This document shows, piece after piece, positions 63,141-64,000 of a DNA stretch of 64,000 nucleotides. The notes under the pieces are model-generated. The model searched no databases. It had not been told where the DNA came from and saw only the letters and a list, made by a program, of their open reading frames with translations. The DNA comes from Camelus dromedarius (taxonomy: Eukaryota): assembly GCF_036321535.1 (NCBI RefSeq), contig NC_087437.1:57972001-58036000 (forward strand), given 5' to 3'. Each line of letters starts with the position of its first letter. The first letter of the stretch is position 1. The position numbers and the translations under genes are program-made.

Positions 63141-64000
63141 TGGGGAGAACAGAGGCCTGGATGCATGTGTGTGGGGGGAATGCAGTTCATTTCAGACAAA
63201 TTATCTTGCCAAGCAAATAAAAACATGGAGTACAGAAGAGACCTCAGAGATCATCTGGTCCAACCTCCTCATTTTCCAGAAGCCAAGGAATCTTGGCTGA
63301 GTGCCCCGTGAAATATAAAAGAATATTTCAGAAAACATATGAAAGAATATTAGGAAAAGCAAACACTCTCTCTAATAAATGAAGATACCAGCCGACACAA
63401 TCTTCAAGCGGAACTTAAATAATTGAAGGGTTCACGGCGCTAATTTTATTTGGCCTTTATTAGCACCTTCAAAAGCGTCCACCTATTACCTAGCAGTGTC
63501 AAATCTCCATCAACCAGGCTCAATTACTTCTCAGTATGTAGATCAGGCAAGATTCTCCCTTCGCCCCCTCCCGCGTCTCTCCAGCCTTTCAATGCTCATT
63601 AGCACCTCCAACAGAAGGCTGAGGAAATGAAACTCCAATTTATCAATGTCAACTGTTGAACCAGCAAATTGCATCAGTCCCGCCCCCAAATGGAAGTGTC
63701 TGGACAATTCTGAATCAACAAGATGTTGGCAGCTGTGTTCCTATGGTTCAGTAATTGCATTGTTTCCTACTGCGCTCTACGGGTTGTGAAATGAATTTAT
63801 TAAATAACCTACAGAGGGAATGTGGTGTGGGCTTGGGGAAACAGCTCTGAGATGGTGTGCGGAGGCTGGTCTCTAGTCCCACTCAGACCACGAGCCTTGA
63901 CTTCGGTTTTCTAGTCCTTGGGCTTCTGAGTATTTAAGAGGATAATATTCCTGCCCTGGGCAGCAAAGAATCTCTGGCACCTAAACCACTCTACACACAG

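Larger units (their letters stand above)
39084..64000 (-). other. MB21D2: MB21D2 intron (partial, continues beyond the window)
   Basis: No ORF matching the MB21D2 N-terminus appears in the window; sequence is repeat-rich and non-coding upstream of the acceptor. Confidence 0.85.

Noticed and set aside
62696..63226. 176-aa minus-strand ORF
   Set aside because: Overlaps an L2 remnant, has a non-ATG start and shows no homology I recognise.

Overview
Mammalian genomic DNA, most likely a camelid (Camelus/Vicugna), judged from four copies of a tRNA-derived SINE matching the camelid vic-1 family. The only protein-coding feature is the large terminal exon of MB21D2 on the minus strand (CDS 39083->37819). 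It encodes the cGAS/Mab-21-like nucleotidyltransferase fold and is followed by a ~1.8 kb 3'UTR ending at an AATAAA + GU-rich polyadenylation site near 36.02 kb. Everything to the right (39084-64000) is read as MB21D2 intron; exon 1 lies outside the window. Everything to the left is read as downstream intergenic DNA, which by human synteny leads toward FGF12. The rest is interspersed repeats (L1, L2, MIR, MaLR/ERVL/ERV1 solo LTRs, Tigger, MER5A and Charlie DNA transposons) plus some unique segments with clustered transcription-factor motifs. I found no convincing, previously undescribed system. The best leads are: an orphan cGAS-like enzyme with an apparently intact acidic triad and an extended loop; an intact MITE inside the 3'UTR; a CpG-rich solo LTR with promoter motifs but no polyA signal; an L1 with a twin-priming inversion and a nested chimeric insert; and candidate intronic RFX/bHLH, NRF1/GC-box and CTCF elements. 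Repeat subfamily names come from recalled consensus sequences, not from a database search.
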